Source of the DNA: Candidatus Enterousia sp.
Lineage (GTDB): Bacteria > Pseudomonadota > Alphaproteobacteria > Rs-D84
Reading direction: 5' to 3'
Assembly: GCA_045630455.1 (NCBI GenBank)
Contig: JAZQTD010000030.1
Coordinates: 50,422 to 114,421, forward strand
Length of the DNA stretch: 64,000 nucleotides
How positions within the stretch are numbered: the stretch's first letter is position 1; every line of letters begins with the position of its first letter. This document shows, in pieces, positions 35,275 through 43,192 of the stretch. The position numbers and the translations under genes were made by a program. The notes beneath the pieces were generated by a model. It was not told where the DNA came from and did no database searches. It saw only the letters and a list, made by a program, of their open reading frames with translations.

Positions 35275-37806
35275 ATGGCAAAGAAAGTTATGTTTCCAGC
35301 ACGTCCTGATGCCAACCCAACTATTTATGCGTATTCGGACAAAAATCCACAATATGATGGCATGTTAAAGGTGGGCTACACTATAAAGTCCGCTGCAACC
35401 CGTGTGGCCGAACAATACCCCATACTAAAACCTGGCGATATTCCATATGTCATCCATGTGGACGAACCTGCCATTCGCAAGGACGGCTCGGTATTCACAG
35501 ACAAAGACGTCCATCGCATATTGCGAAACCGTGGCATTATTCAACTGCACGACAAAGACGGCAAGTTAACCGAATGGTTCCAATGCGACGTCAAAGACGT
35601 TATGGCGGCAATCACATCATTGCGCACAGGCACCGACCTGGAAACCCAGCGCACAGAAACATTTGCCATGCGCCCCGAACAGGCCGAAGCCGTTGAAAAA
35701 ACAATCGCTTATTTCAATGCTTGGCACCATGAAAACCCTGGTAAAACTCCGCACTTTTTGTGGAATGCCAAAATGCGTTTTGGTAAAACATTCGCCACAT
35801 ATCAACTGGCCAAACAAATGGGGTGGTCCAAGATATTGGTGCTGACATTCAAACCTGCGGTGCATCAGGCATGGGAAGAAGACCTGAACAGCCATTGTGA
35901 CTTTGACGGGTGGCAGTTTATTTCCAAAAAAGACAAAACAACCGAACAATTCATGGATGCGGTCAAACACCTGGACAGCAATCGCCCCATTGTGTGCTTT
36001 GGTTCATTCCAGGATTATCTGGGCAAAAATGATGCAGGCGGCATCAAGGCACAGAACGAATGGGTGCATGGCACAAACTGGGATTGTGTCGTATTTGACG
36101 AGTATCATTATGGCGCATGGCGTGAAAATGCCAAAGACCTGTTTGAAAACGAATCCAAAGCCGAACAAAAAAATGCCGCTGGCGAGGCTATGGACTATTT
36201 TGACGAGTCTAACATGCCAATCACCACAGGGCATTATTTATACCTGTCTGGCACCCCGTTCCGCGCCATAAACAGCGGCGAATTCATAGAAGAGCAAATT
36301 TATAACTGGACATATTCGGATGAACAGCGCGAAAAAGAAGAGTGGAAAGGTCCAAACAATCCGTATGCGGCTTTGCCACGCATGGTAATGATGACATATC
36401 AGTTGCCCGACACCATTCGCAATATCGCATTGGGTGGCGAATTTAACGAATTCAACCTTAATGAATTCTTTGCCGCCGATGGCGATGGGGAAAATGCCAA
36501 GTTCAAATATGAAAACGAAGTTCAAAAATGGCTGGACTTAATTCGTGGCCAGTTGGCAGAAACCACCCTGGACAGCCTGAAAATGGGCGCCAAGAAACCG
36601 CCAATGCCATTTGCAGACACACGCCTGTTGGGCATCCTGTCACATACAATATGGTTCCTGCCATCAATTGCGGCATGCAATGCCATGGCAAACCTGCTGA
36701 AACGCCGTCAAAACACATTTTACCATGATTATCGGGTAATTGTGGCCGCAGGCACGTCCGCTGGCGTTGGCATAAAAGCCCTGGCACCTGTGCAAGAGAA
36801 AATGGCCAACCCATTGGAAACAAAAACAATCACCTTGTCATGCGGCAAACTGATGACGGGGGTATCGGTTAAACCATGGTCTGGCATCTTTATGCTGTGC
36901 AACCTTAAAAGCCCAGAATCATATTTCCAGGCGGCATTCCGTGTTCAAACCCCATGGACAATCAAAAATCCAGACGGAGAACACCCAAATGCCACCCAAA
37001 TCATGAAAGAAGAGTGTTATATCTTTGACTTTGCGCCTGACCGTGCGTTGCGCCAAATCACAGATTATAGTTGCCGACTGAATGTAAATGAATCCGACCC
37101 AGAAAAGAAAGTTGCTGAATTTATTAACTTTTTGCCTGTATTGGCCTATGACGGCAGCGCCATGCGCCAAGTTAATGCCAGCGAAATTCTGGACATGGCA
37201 ATGAGTGGAACCAGCGCAACCCTGTTGGCACGCAGATGGGAAAGCGCATTGCTGGTAAATGTGGACAATGCGACCCTGTTGCGCCTTATGAACAACAAAG
37301 CGGCCATGGACGCACTTATGAGCATCGAGGGATTCCGCAGTTTGAATCAGGACATTGAAACGGTTATTAACAAGTCAAACGCCGTGAAAGAAAAGAAAGC
37401 AGCCGCCAATGAACGGGAATTGACCCCAAAAGAAAAGAAAGAAATGTCGGAAGAAGAAAAAGAATTCAAATCCGCACGCAAACGCATCCAGGAAAAACTG
37501 ATTAAGTTCGCAACCCGTGTGCCGATTTTCATGTATTTAACCGACTATCGTGAACGCAGTTTGAAAGACGTCATAACCCAATTGGAACCTGGGCTGTTTA
37601 AAAAGGTGACGGGGCTGGACGTAAAAGATTTTGAATTGCTGGTAAGTTTGGGTGTGTTCAACGATGCGCTTATGAACGATGCGGTGTATAAATTCAAACG
37701 CTATGAAGACGCCAGTTTGGAATATGCAGGCATTAACAAACACGCAGGTGAAAGCGTTGGATTATTCGACACAGTCCTAAGCCACGAAGATTACGAGATG
37801 ATGTAA
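35275..37806 (+). CDS. GIY-YIG/T5orf172-domain plus SF2 (ResIII/SNF2-like) helicase fusion, putative restriction subunit
   Basis: 843 aa. The N-terminal roughly 115 aa read IYAYSD...MLKVGYT...RVAEQ...DKDVHRIL...LTEWF (T5orf172/MUG113-like GIY-YIG fold). Helicase motif I AKMRFGKT, motif II VVFDEYHYG, motif III LYLSGTPF. The start is 4 nt after the MTase stop. Confidence 0.8.
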   Translation: MAKKVMFPARPDANPTIYAYSDKNPQYDGMLKVGYTIKSAATRVAEQYPILKPGDIPYVIHVDEPAIRKDGSVFTDKDVHRILRNRGIIQLHDKDGKLTEWFQCDVKDVMAAITSLRTGTDLETQRTETFAMRPEQAEAVEKTIAYFNAWHHENPGKTPHFLWNAKMRFGKTFATYQLAKQMGWSKILVLTFKPAVHQAWEEDLNSHCDFDGWQFISKKDKTTEQFMDAVKHLDSNRPIVCFGSFQDYLGKNDAGGIKAQNEWVHGTNWDCVVFDEYHYGAWRENAKDLFENESKAEQKNAAGEAMDYFDESNMPITTGHYLYLSGTPFRAINSGEFIEEQIYNWTYSDEQREKEEWKGPNNPYAALPRMVMMTYQLPDTIRNIALGGEFNEFNLNEFFAADGDGENAKFKYENEVQKWLDLIRGQLAETTLDSLKMGAKKPPMPFADTRLLGILSHTIWFLPSIAACNAMANLLKRRQNTFYHDYRVIVAAGTSAGVGIKALAPVQEKMANPLETKTITLSCGKLMTGVSVKPWSGIFMLCNLKSPESYFQAAFRVQTPWTIKNPDGEHPNATQIMKEECYIFDFAPDRALRQITDYSCRLNVNESDPEKKVAEFINFLPVLAYDGSAMRQVNASEILDMAMSGTSATLLARRWESALLVNVDNATLLRLMNNKAAMDALMSIEGFRSLNQDIETVINKSNAVKEKKAAANERELTPKEKKEMSEEEKEFKSARKRIQEKLIKFATRVPIFMYLTDYRERSLKDVITQLEPGLFKKVTGLDVKDFELLVSLGVFNDALMNDAVYKFKRYEDASLEYAGINKHAGESVGLFDTVLSHEDYEMM

Positions 37807-37889
37807 AAAACAGCATTTAATCTATGGATTTTTAAGGATTTCTGTACTAGGATTTACTTGGTAAAAAGTCACCAAGGAATGTTATTGTT

Positions 37890-38573
37890 ATGGAATTTGA
37901 CAATCGCGATATAGAAATCCCGAATGCCATCATATCGATGGAGAATTTTTATGCACAAAATTTGGGACCAAAACGTAAAAAAATTTGTGAAATTCTTAGA
38001 ACCTTTAGCGATGATGCCGTCAACATATATTTAGCAGGCGTTGCTGCATTAGAAATTCCTAATTTTCCGGCCAAGCAATCTATTATTGGACATTGTTTCA
38101 GGGAGTTAATAAATGCCCTTGTAAGATCTGACGAAAACGAATTAAAGCAACAAGTGTTCACGGCTTTAAAATCTGCTGAATTTATAAGAAACAGTGAAAG
38201 CAAAAACGAACGCATTGAGCATGTAGTTAACGAAATATGGGAAAAGATAAAACCCTTAAATAATGAGACTTCAAAATTAAAAACAATGTTTATAGATAAA
38301 AATCCAAAACAAAAAAAAGATTTACTATTTTCTGATATAGAAACACGAAAAAAAACACAAAAAAATATAGATGATGTTATTCAGCAGGTTTTGACTGCGA
38401 AAGGGAATCTTGATAAAAGAAGACACTTTAATAAAAAATTTTCTATAATACCCAATGAACAGTTGATTGAAAACGTAACCATATTAGAAAATTATATTTT
38501 ACAATTAGAAGATCCAACATATATAAAACAAAAAGGGATGTTAGATGAAATCTTGGAAACAGCCAACTCCTGA
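37890..38573 (+). CDS. hypothetical protein (227 aa, predicted alpha-helical)
   Basis: AT-rich ORF 84 nt downstream of the helicase gene. No recognisable catalytic motif. Its 3' end overlaps the next ORF by 29 nt. Confidence 0.55.
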   Translation: MEFDNRDIEIPNAIISMENFYAQNLGPKRKKICEILRTFSDDAVNIYLAGVAALEIPNFPAKQSIIGHCFRELINALVRSDENELKQQVFTALKSAEFIRNSESKNERIEHVVNEIWEKIKPLNNETSKLKTMFIDKNPKQKKDLLFSDIETRKKTQKNIDDVIQQVLTAKGNLDKRRHFNKKFSIIPNEQLIENVTILENYILQLEDPTYIKQKGMLDEILETANS

Positions 38574-41427
38574 ACAGGTTTGTTTTGTTACAAATAGCAT
38601 GAAAGGGAACCTTAAAAGTTACTTCCTTTCTAGACTAGAAAATCCATTGTGGTTTCAGCCTTTGTATGACGAACATCTATTAGATTTCTCAAAAAAGTAT
38701 GCTGATGAGATACAAGATTATATATATTCATGGGATGCTTTACCATACTTATCAAGAATGGCGTCCATAATTCCAGAACAAGTTTTTGCACTCATAGAAC
38801 CTTTAGTAAATGCAATAAAAGACGCTTCAATTGAATCACCTTGGTTGGTTAAAGTAATCGTATTATCAATAGCTAAAGAAATGCCAGATACGCAATTTAA
38901 AGCCATTATGACGGCGTTCACATCATATATTTATAAAACACCATTTATCGATTTGTTTGATTTTACAACATTAAAATCTAATTTAATTAGATTTAAGAGA
39001 CTTGATCCTGCACAAGCTTTGAATTTGACAGAAGCGTTATTATCGTTGCAAATAAAATATGTTGGGGAATATGGTTCTACAGAAGTTGTGTCTAAATATG
39101 GAGACAATGATTATTATAGATACCAAGAGATGTTGAAAATTTTTCAAGAAATCTACAACAAACAAAAATTAAAACTATTTTCTGTTTTGGTTAAAATCTT
39201 TGATGATACAATTTATAAAACTTGCACACAAGAAGAACGAGAGAAATACGATAATTCTGTGTATATGGATCGTCCTGCTATAGAGAATAGCGAACAAAAT
39301 CATAATTTTTCTGGTCCAGAACACTTTGCAATAGATGCGATGCGCGACATTGCATCGTCCATAATATCCACAAATAAAAAAGACGAGGCCAATAAAGTTT
39401 TTGATCTGCTACAAAATTCTAAATCGCCCATCCTTGTGAGATTATACTTGTTTTTATTATCCGTGACTGATGTTTGTGACAAAAAAATCTTATCAGAAAG
39501 CTTGACGAATTATGAATTTTTTGATGGCCTAAATTATCACCATGAATACTTCCATTTGTTGAATAAAAAATTCAAAAAATTATCCAAAACAGCTCAATCT
39601 GTTATTCTCAAATATATTGAGGATGGCCCAACTGGTGATTATTACAAAAATAGTGAAGATAGCACTTCTGCAAAAGAACGTCAAAATCGTTGGAAGTTTA
39701 AACACTTGATACCTATATTAGGCTCTTTAACAAAAAAACAAAAGGAACGATTTAAAGATATATTGTTTGATGATACTGGGAACCCTATCATGCCAGGAGA
39801 CCACCCAGACTTTCTAACATGGATGAGTGGTTTTATAACTGTAAGACATGAATCTCCTTTAAAATCAGAAGAAATTCAAAACTCAAGCGTTGCAAAAATA
39901 ATTAAAACAATGCAAGAATGGCAACCTGCGCCTGATAATTGGCACGGCAAGCCGGACAGAGAAGGTTTTGCTGAAGCTATCAAACAGGATGTCTTAAATA
40001 CCCCCAAAAAGTACATATCTTCGCTCGGTAAATTAACAACTATAACTGAACCAACATACATTAGAGCCATTTTGCGCGGCATTATAGAATCTGGCTCAAA
40101 AACATCTGATGACTGGGTAAAAATTATTGATTTTATTGATTGGGTTGCAAAACAAAATGAAACATTTGATGATAGAAAAAGTTTTCATGACGGTGACCAA
40201 GATTGGTATTGGACAAAACAAGAAGTTGCTTCGTTGTTAAATTCTGCTTTTGTAAAAGATTCTAGTATAGATAAAACAGACGAACAATTGATTGAAAAAT
40301 CTTTCGATATTCTATATTCCTTGATAAATTCTGAAGACAAATTACTTGAAAATAAAAAAGATGAGGTTTGTTCTGGAGATAATTACATAAATAGAGCTAT
40401 TAACTCTGTTCATGGCCAAGCTTTGGATTCGTTATTAACTTTTGCTCTATGGTTAAAGAACAACAGCAAGTCAACAAATCAGGTAGAAGCATTATTAACC
40501 GATATTGTACAACGCCCCAAATATATTGACTCCCTTGCTATAATTGCTCGTGCTCTACCGTGGGTACATTTGTCTATGCCGGAATTTACTGAAAAAAATA
40601 TCGATATTCTTTTCCCGGAATCAAAAGAATACCAGTATATTTTAGATGTAACATGGCCAACTTTTGTTCTGTATACACGTGCATATGAAGACATGTTCTA
40701 TCTTATGAAAGAGAAATTTTGTTATGTGTTAAAAAAACATTTGTATATTGATCAAGATAAAAAACGTACAGATAAACAAATTGCCCGTCACCTAATGCTC
40801 TACTATGCTTGGGGATTGTATGACTTAGATTCTGAAATTTTATCTCTTCTTTTTGACGATATGGCAAATAAAGAAGAAATGGTGTCTTTTGTAAATCTTA
40901 TCGGTTTTATGCTATATCAAGTTAAATCGGATAACGATAATGTTTCAGATGAAATGATCCAACGTTTTATAGATTTTTGGGAATGGTTTATTGAGCATAT
41001 AAAGGGCAAAGAATCCGATTACAAAGATGTATTAAAGGAATTTGAGCGATGGTATCAATGCGGAAAATTCACAAAAGGAAACTGGGGTTTAAAACATTTG
41101 CATAGATTGGTAGCAGATGATAATCTGAAAATATCCATGTCTAATTTTATGTTAGAAGAGACTTTGGTCAGCGATTTATCAGAGAATCCCAGACTGGTAT
41201 TTGATATTGTTTCAAGGTTGGCTTTTAGAGGTGCAAGATTCGATTCTTTCAGAAGGAATGGGCTTATAGAACAAACTCTTGAATATATAAAAAATCATGA
41301 TTTTCCGGAAGACGAGACATTAAAAAGCGAAAAAGATGACTTTATAAGTAAATTATTACAAAATGCCGATTCTTGGGAATTAGACGATGCGTCTGCAAGA
41401 TTTGAAAAATATAGAGAAGATAGATAA
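38545..41427 (+). CDS. large hypothetical protein (960 aa, predicted helical-repeat)
   Basis: Uninterrupted 2.9-kb ORF in very AT-rich DNA. I see no Walker A/B, HNH, PD-(D/E)xK or other motif. Confidence 0.65.
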   Translation: MKSWKQPTPEQVCFVTNSMKGNLKSYFLSRLENPLWFQPLYDEHLLDFSKKYADEIQDYIYSWDALPYLSRMASIIPEQVFALIEPLVNAIKDASIESPWLVKVIVLSIAKEMPDTQFKAIMTAFTSYIYKTPFIDLFDFTTLKSNLIRFKRLDPAQALNLTEALLSLQIKYVGEYGSTEVVSKYGDNDYYRYQEMLKIFQEIYNKQKLKLFSVLVKIFDDTIYKTCTQEEREKYDNSVYMDRPAIENSEQNHNFSGPEHFAIDAMRDIASSIISTNKKDEANKVFDLLQNSKSPILVRLYLFLLSVTDVCDKKILSESLTNYEFFDGLNYHHEYFHLLNKKFKKLSKTAQSVILKYIEDGPTGDYYKNSEDSTSAKERQNRWKFKHLIPILGSLTKKQKERFKDILFDDTGNPIMPGDHPDFLTWMSGFITVRHESPLKSEEIQNSSVAKIIKTMQEWQPAPDNWHGKPDREGFAEAIKQDVLNTPKKYISSLGKLTTITEPTYIRAILRGIIESGSKTSDDWVKIIDFIDWVAKQNETFDDRKSFHDGDQDWYWTKQEVASLLNSAFVKDSSIDKTDEQLIEKSFDILYSLINSEDKLLENKKDEVCSGDNYINRAINSVHGQALDSLLTFALWLKNNSKSTNQVEALLTDIVQRPKYIDSLAIIARALPWVHLSMPEFTEKNIDILFPESKEYQYILDVTWPTFVLYTRAYEDMFYLMKEKFCYVLKKHLYIDQDKKRTDKQIARHLMLYYAWGLYDLDSEILSLLFDDMANKEEMVSFVNLIGFMLYQVKSDNDNVSDEMIQRFIDFWEWFIEHIKGKESDYKDVLKEFERWYQCGKFTKGNWGLKHLHRLVADDNLKISMSNFMLEETLVSDLSENPRLVFDIVSRLAFRGARFDSFRRNGLIEQTLEYIKNHDFPEDETLKSEKDDFISKLLQNADSWELDDASARFEKYREDR

Positions 41428-42246
41428 TTATGCTTTTTTAGCTGATGCTGGTGTTAAACCTTCTGTTGCGAGTGGTTTGATATGTAATATATGATCGCCG
41501 TGTTGTTTAAGAACGAAACAGACATTTAGTAATGAATTCAAAACAGTTTGCAAAACCGCCGCCCTAGCATATTTACTTTCATCTTCTTGAAAAGATTGAC
41601 TTGTTGCAAAAAATCTTCTTACCAAATATGGCGAAAAGTGTTTATAGCCACAAAACAGTTGATAATTTTCGTAGTTTATATCTTTGTTTTCATAATATGC
41701 AATCAACTCTGGTGTGTCTTGAATTGACTCTAAAACAAGCTTGAAATAATCTTCTGATATGTTTTGTATCGTATCTCCGTACCACTTTTTGTTGTAACTG
41801 TTACGATCAAGCCTATTTGGATTCTTAAGGCTTTTACGAAGGAATCTATCACAATTATTTTGATTCAGTAATTCTAAAACCCTATCTTTACGATCTGGGT
41901 GTACACGTAACATTTCTATTTGTTCAACATATCCAAAATCTATAAAATCTTTACCCCTGGTATTAAAATGCTTGTTTAACCATAGCAGTTGTATTTCAGC
42001 TTCTAAAATTTGACACGTAATGGAACTAGCCACAAAAACTCTGTTATTTTGCAAAGCATCATAAACCTCTGCCGACAGAGAAATAATAGCCCCCACCAAA
42101 CTATGTAGCCCCATAAGAGCCTTGTCTTTTGTAGCCTGAGGGTGAAATGATTCCATGGTGCGAACCATCATCCTTAATTTTTTCATTAAGATGTCTACGT
42201 CATCATTCTTTAACGGATGTGGCAATGGATATTCTTTGTTTAACAT
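41428..42246 (-). CDS. hypothetical protein, DUF5677/AbiV-like (tentative)
   Basis: 272 aa. The segment SSITCQILEAEIQLLWLNKHFNTRGKDFIDFGYVEQIEMLR resembles the R.l.E..i.l.yl core I associate with DUF5677/AbiV-type helical proteins. This is from recollection only. It converges on the 960-aa ORF, and the two stop codons abut. Confidence 0.4.
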   Translation of the reverse strand: MLNKEYPLPHPLKNDDVDILMKKLRMMVRTMESFHPQATKDKALMGLHSLVGAIISLSAEVYDALQNNRVFVASSITCQILEAEIQLLWLNKHFNTRGKDFIDFGYVEQIEMLRVHPDRKDRVLELLNQNNCDRFLRKSLKNPNRLDRNSYNKKWYGDTIQNISEDYFKLVLESIQDTPELIAYYENKDINYENYQLFCGYKHFSPYLVRRFFATSQSFQEDESKYARAAVLQTVLNSLLNVCFVLKQHGDHILHIKPLATEGLTPASAKKA

Positions 42247-42345
42247 TTCATCCTCGTGTTATTGTAAAATTATGCATATTTTTGTTGAATTTGTAAAGGT
42301 TATGATTTGTTACTGTTGATCCGGTAGCAACGATTTGGAAATGCG

Positions 42346-42690
42346 TTGGTTCGTGCAAATTATCAAAAATTGGACAAGAATATTCCTTATACAATGGAAT
42401 ATTTGAATAAGTTCTTTGGCAATTTGCTGTTGGGCGAGAAAAATCGCCTTGATAATCGTGAAATGCAGATAAAGGAAAATGTGGCAAAAACTACCCGGAA
42501 AACTACCCAGAAAACTGCCCAGAAAATTTTGGATATATTGTCGAAGAATCCAAGTGTAACACGTACCGAATTGGCCAGCACAACGGGGCTTAGCCCGGAT
42601 GGAGTAAAGTGGAATCTGGACAAATTGAAAAAGACCGGGAAAATTCGCCGTATCGGTCCAGATCGTGGCGGTCATTGGGAAGTTGTGTAG
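42346..42690 (+). CDS. winged-helix DNA-binding fragment (C-terminal part of a RecG-like/AlbA_2-type putative regulator)
   Basis: TTRKTTQKTAQKILDILSKNPSVTRTELASTTGLSPDGVKWNLDKLKKTGKIRRIGPDRGGHWEVV is the typical C-terminal wHTH of those proteins. The N-terminal domain is missing, so this is probably a remnant. A real start could be ATG 42463. Confidence 0.45.
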   Translation: MVRANYQKLDKNIPYTMEYLNKFFGNLLLGEKNRLDNREMQIKENVAKTTRKTTQKTAQKILDILSKNPSVTRTELASTTGLSPDGVKWNLDKLKKTGKIRRIGPDRGGHWEVV

Positions 42691-42714
42691 CGTTTTATGT
42701 GCATTTCTACAAAA

Positions 42715-42740
42715 ATGTTACATATTTGCTACATAGTATG
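42715..42740. repeat. arm-type repeat, right copy
   Basis: ATGTTACATATTTGCTACATAGTATG. 24 of 26 positions match 25647-25672, in direct orientation, 70 bp inside the right junction. Confidence 0.6.
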
Positions 42741-42809
42741 GAATTTGTAATATGGGAAAAATGGTGCAAATGGGCGGAAATTAGGCAAACAATCGGTTTG
42801 GGGTCAGAC

Positions 42810-42856
42810 GATTTCTAATCTGCAGGTCACAGGTTCGAATCCTGTAGGGCGTGCCA
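42810..42856 (+). pseudogene. 3' half of host tRNA-Arg(UCU) (attR side)
   Basis: GATTTCTAATC-TGC-AGGTC-ACAGG-TTCGAAT-CCTGT-AGGGCGT-G-CCA. There is no matching 5' acceptor strand upstream. It pairs with the 5' half at 25478-25518. Confidence 0.85.
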
Positions 42857-43160
42857 TAAATTCAAACCGTCACGATAGTGGCGGTTTTAATTTATATTGT
42901 GAGCCCTTGGATGAGAACCTAAAGGTTCGAGCCGCAGCGTCAGCGCAGGCGAAAGGGGCCCATAGAGCGAAAGCGAATATGGGAATTACAATCCTGTAGG
43001 GCGTGCCAGAAATTCAAACCGTCACGACAGTGGCGGTTTTAATTTATATTGCGAGCCCTTGGATGAGAACCTAAAGGTTCGAGCCGCAGCGTCAGCGCAG
43101 GCGAAAGGGACCCATAGAGCGAAAGCGAATATGGGAATTACAATCCTGTAGGGCGTGCCA
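42857..43160. repeat. two tandem 152-bp units, each ending with the last 19 nt of tRNA-Arg (AATCCTGTAGGGCGTGCCA)
   Basis: Units 42857-43008 and 43009-43160 differ at about 4 positions. The 19-mer occurs at 42838-42856, 42990-43008 and 43142-43160. Each unit starts with a hairpin/T-run (AAACCGTCACGAYAGTGGCGGTTTT). Confidence 0.9.
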
Positions 43161-43167
43161 GAAATTT

Positions 43168-43191
43168 ACCCGCCCGAATGGGCGGTTTTTT
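43168..43191. terminator. intrinsic terminator
   Basis: ACCCGCCCGAATGGGCGGTTTTTT after the last tRNA 3'-end copy. Confidence 0.6.
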
Positions 43192-43192
43192 G

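Larger units (their letters stand above)
25519..42809. mobile_element. roughly 17.3-kb integrative genomic island inserted in tRNA-Arg(UCU), with defence-island cargo
   Basis: Bounded by the two halves of one tRNA gene and an 11-bp direct repeat. It encodes a tyrosine integrase, an AlpA/Xis-like protein, a serine recombinase, its own tRNA, RM-like genes and other accessory genes. Composition is mosaic, and 26-bp arm-like repeats lie near both ends. Confidence 0.85.

Noticed and set aside
42857-43160. The tandem 152-bp repeats as a CRISPR array or as tRNA/ribozyme genes.
   Set aside because: There are only two long near-identical units and no unique spacers, so this is not CRISPR. The GGTTCGAGCC and GGATGAG...CGAAA segments look superficially like a T-loop and a hammerhead core. 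No cloverleaf can be drawn, and the CUGAUGA/GAAAC consensus is not met.
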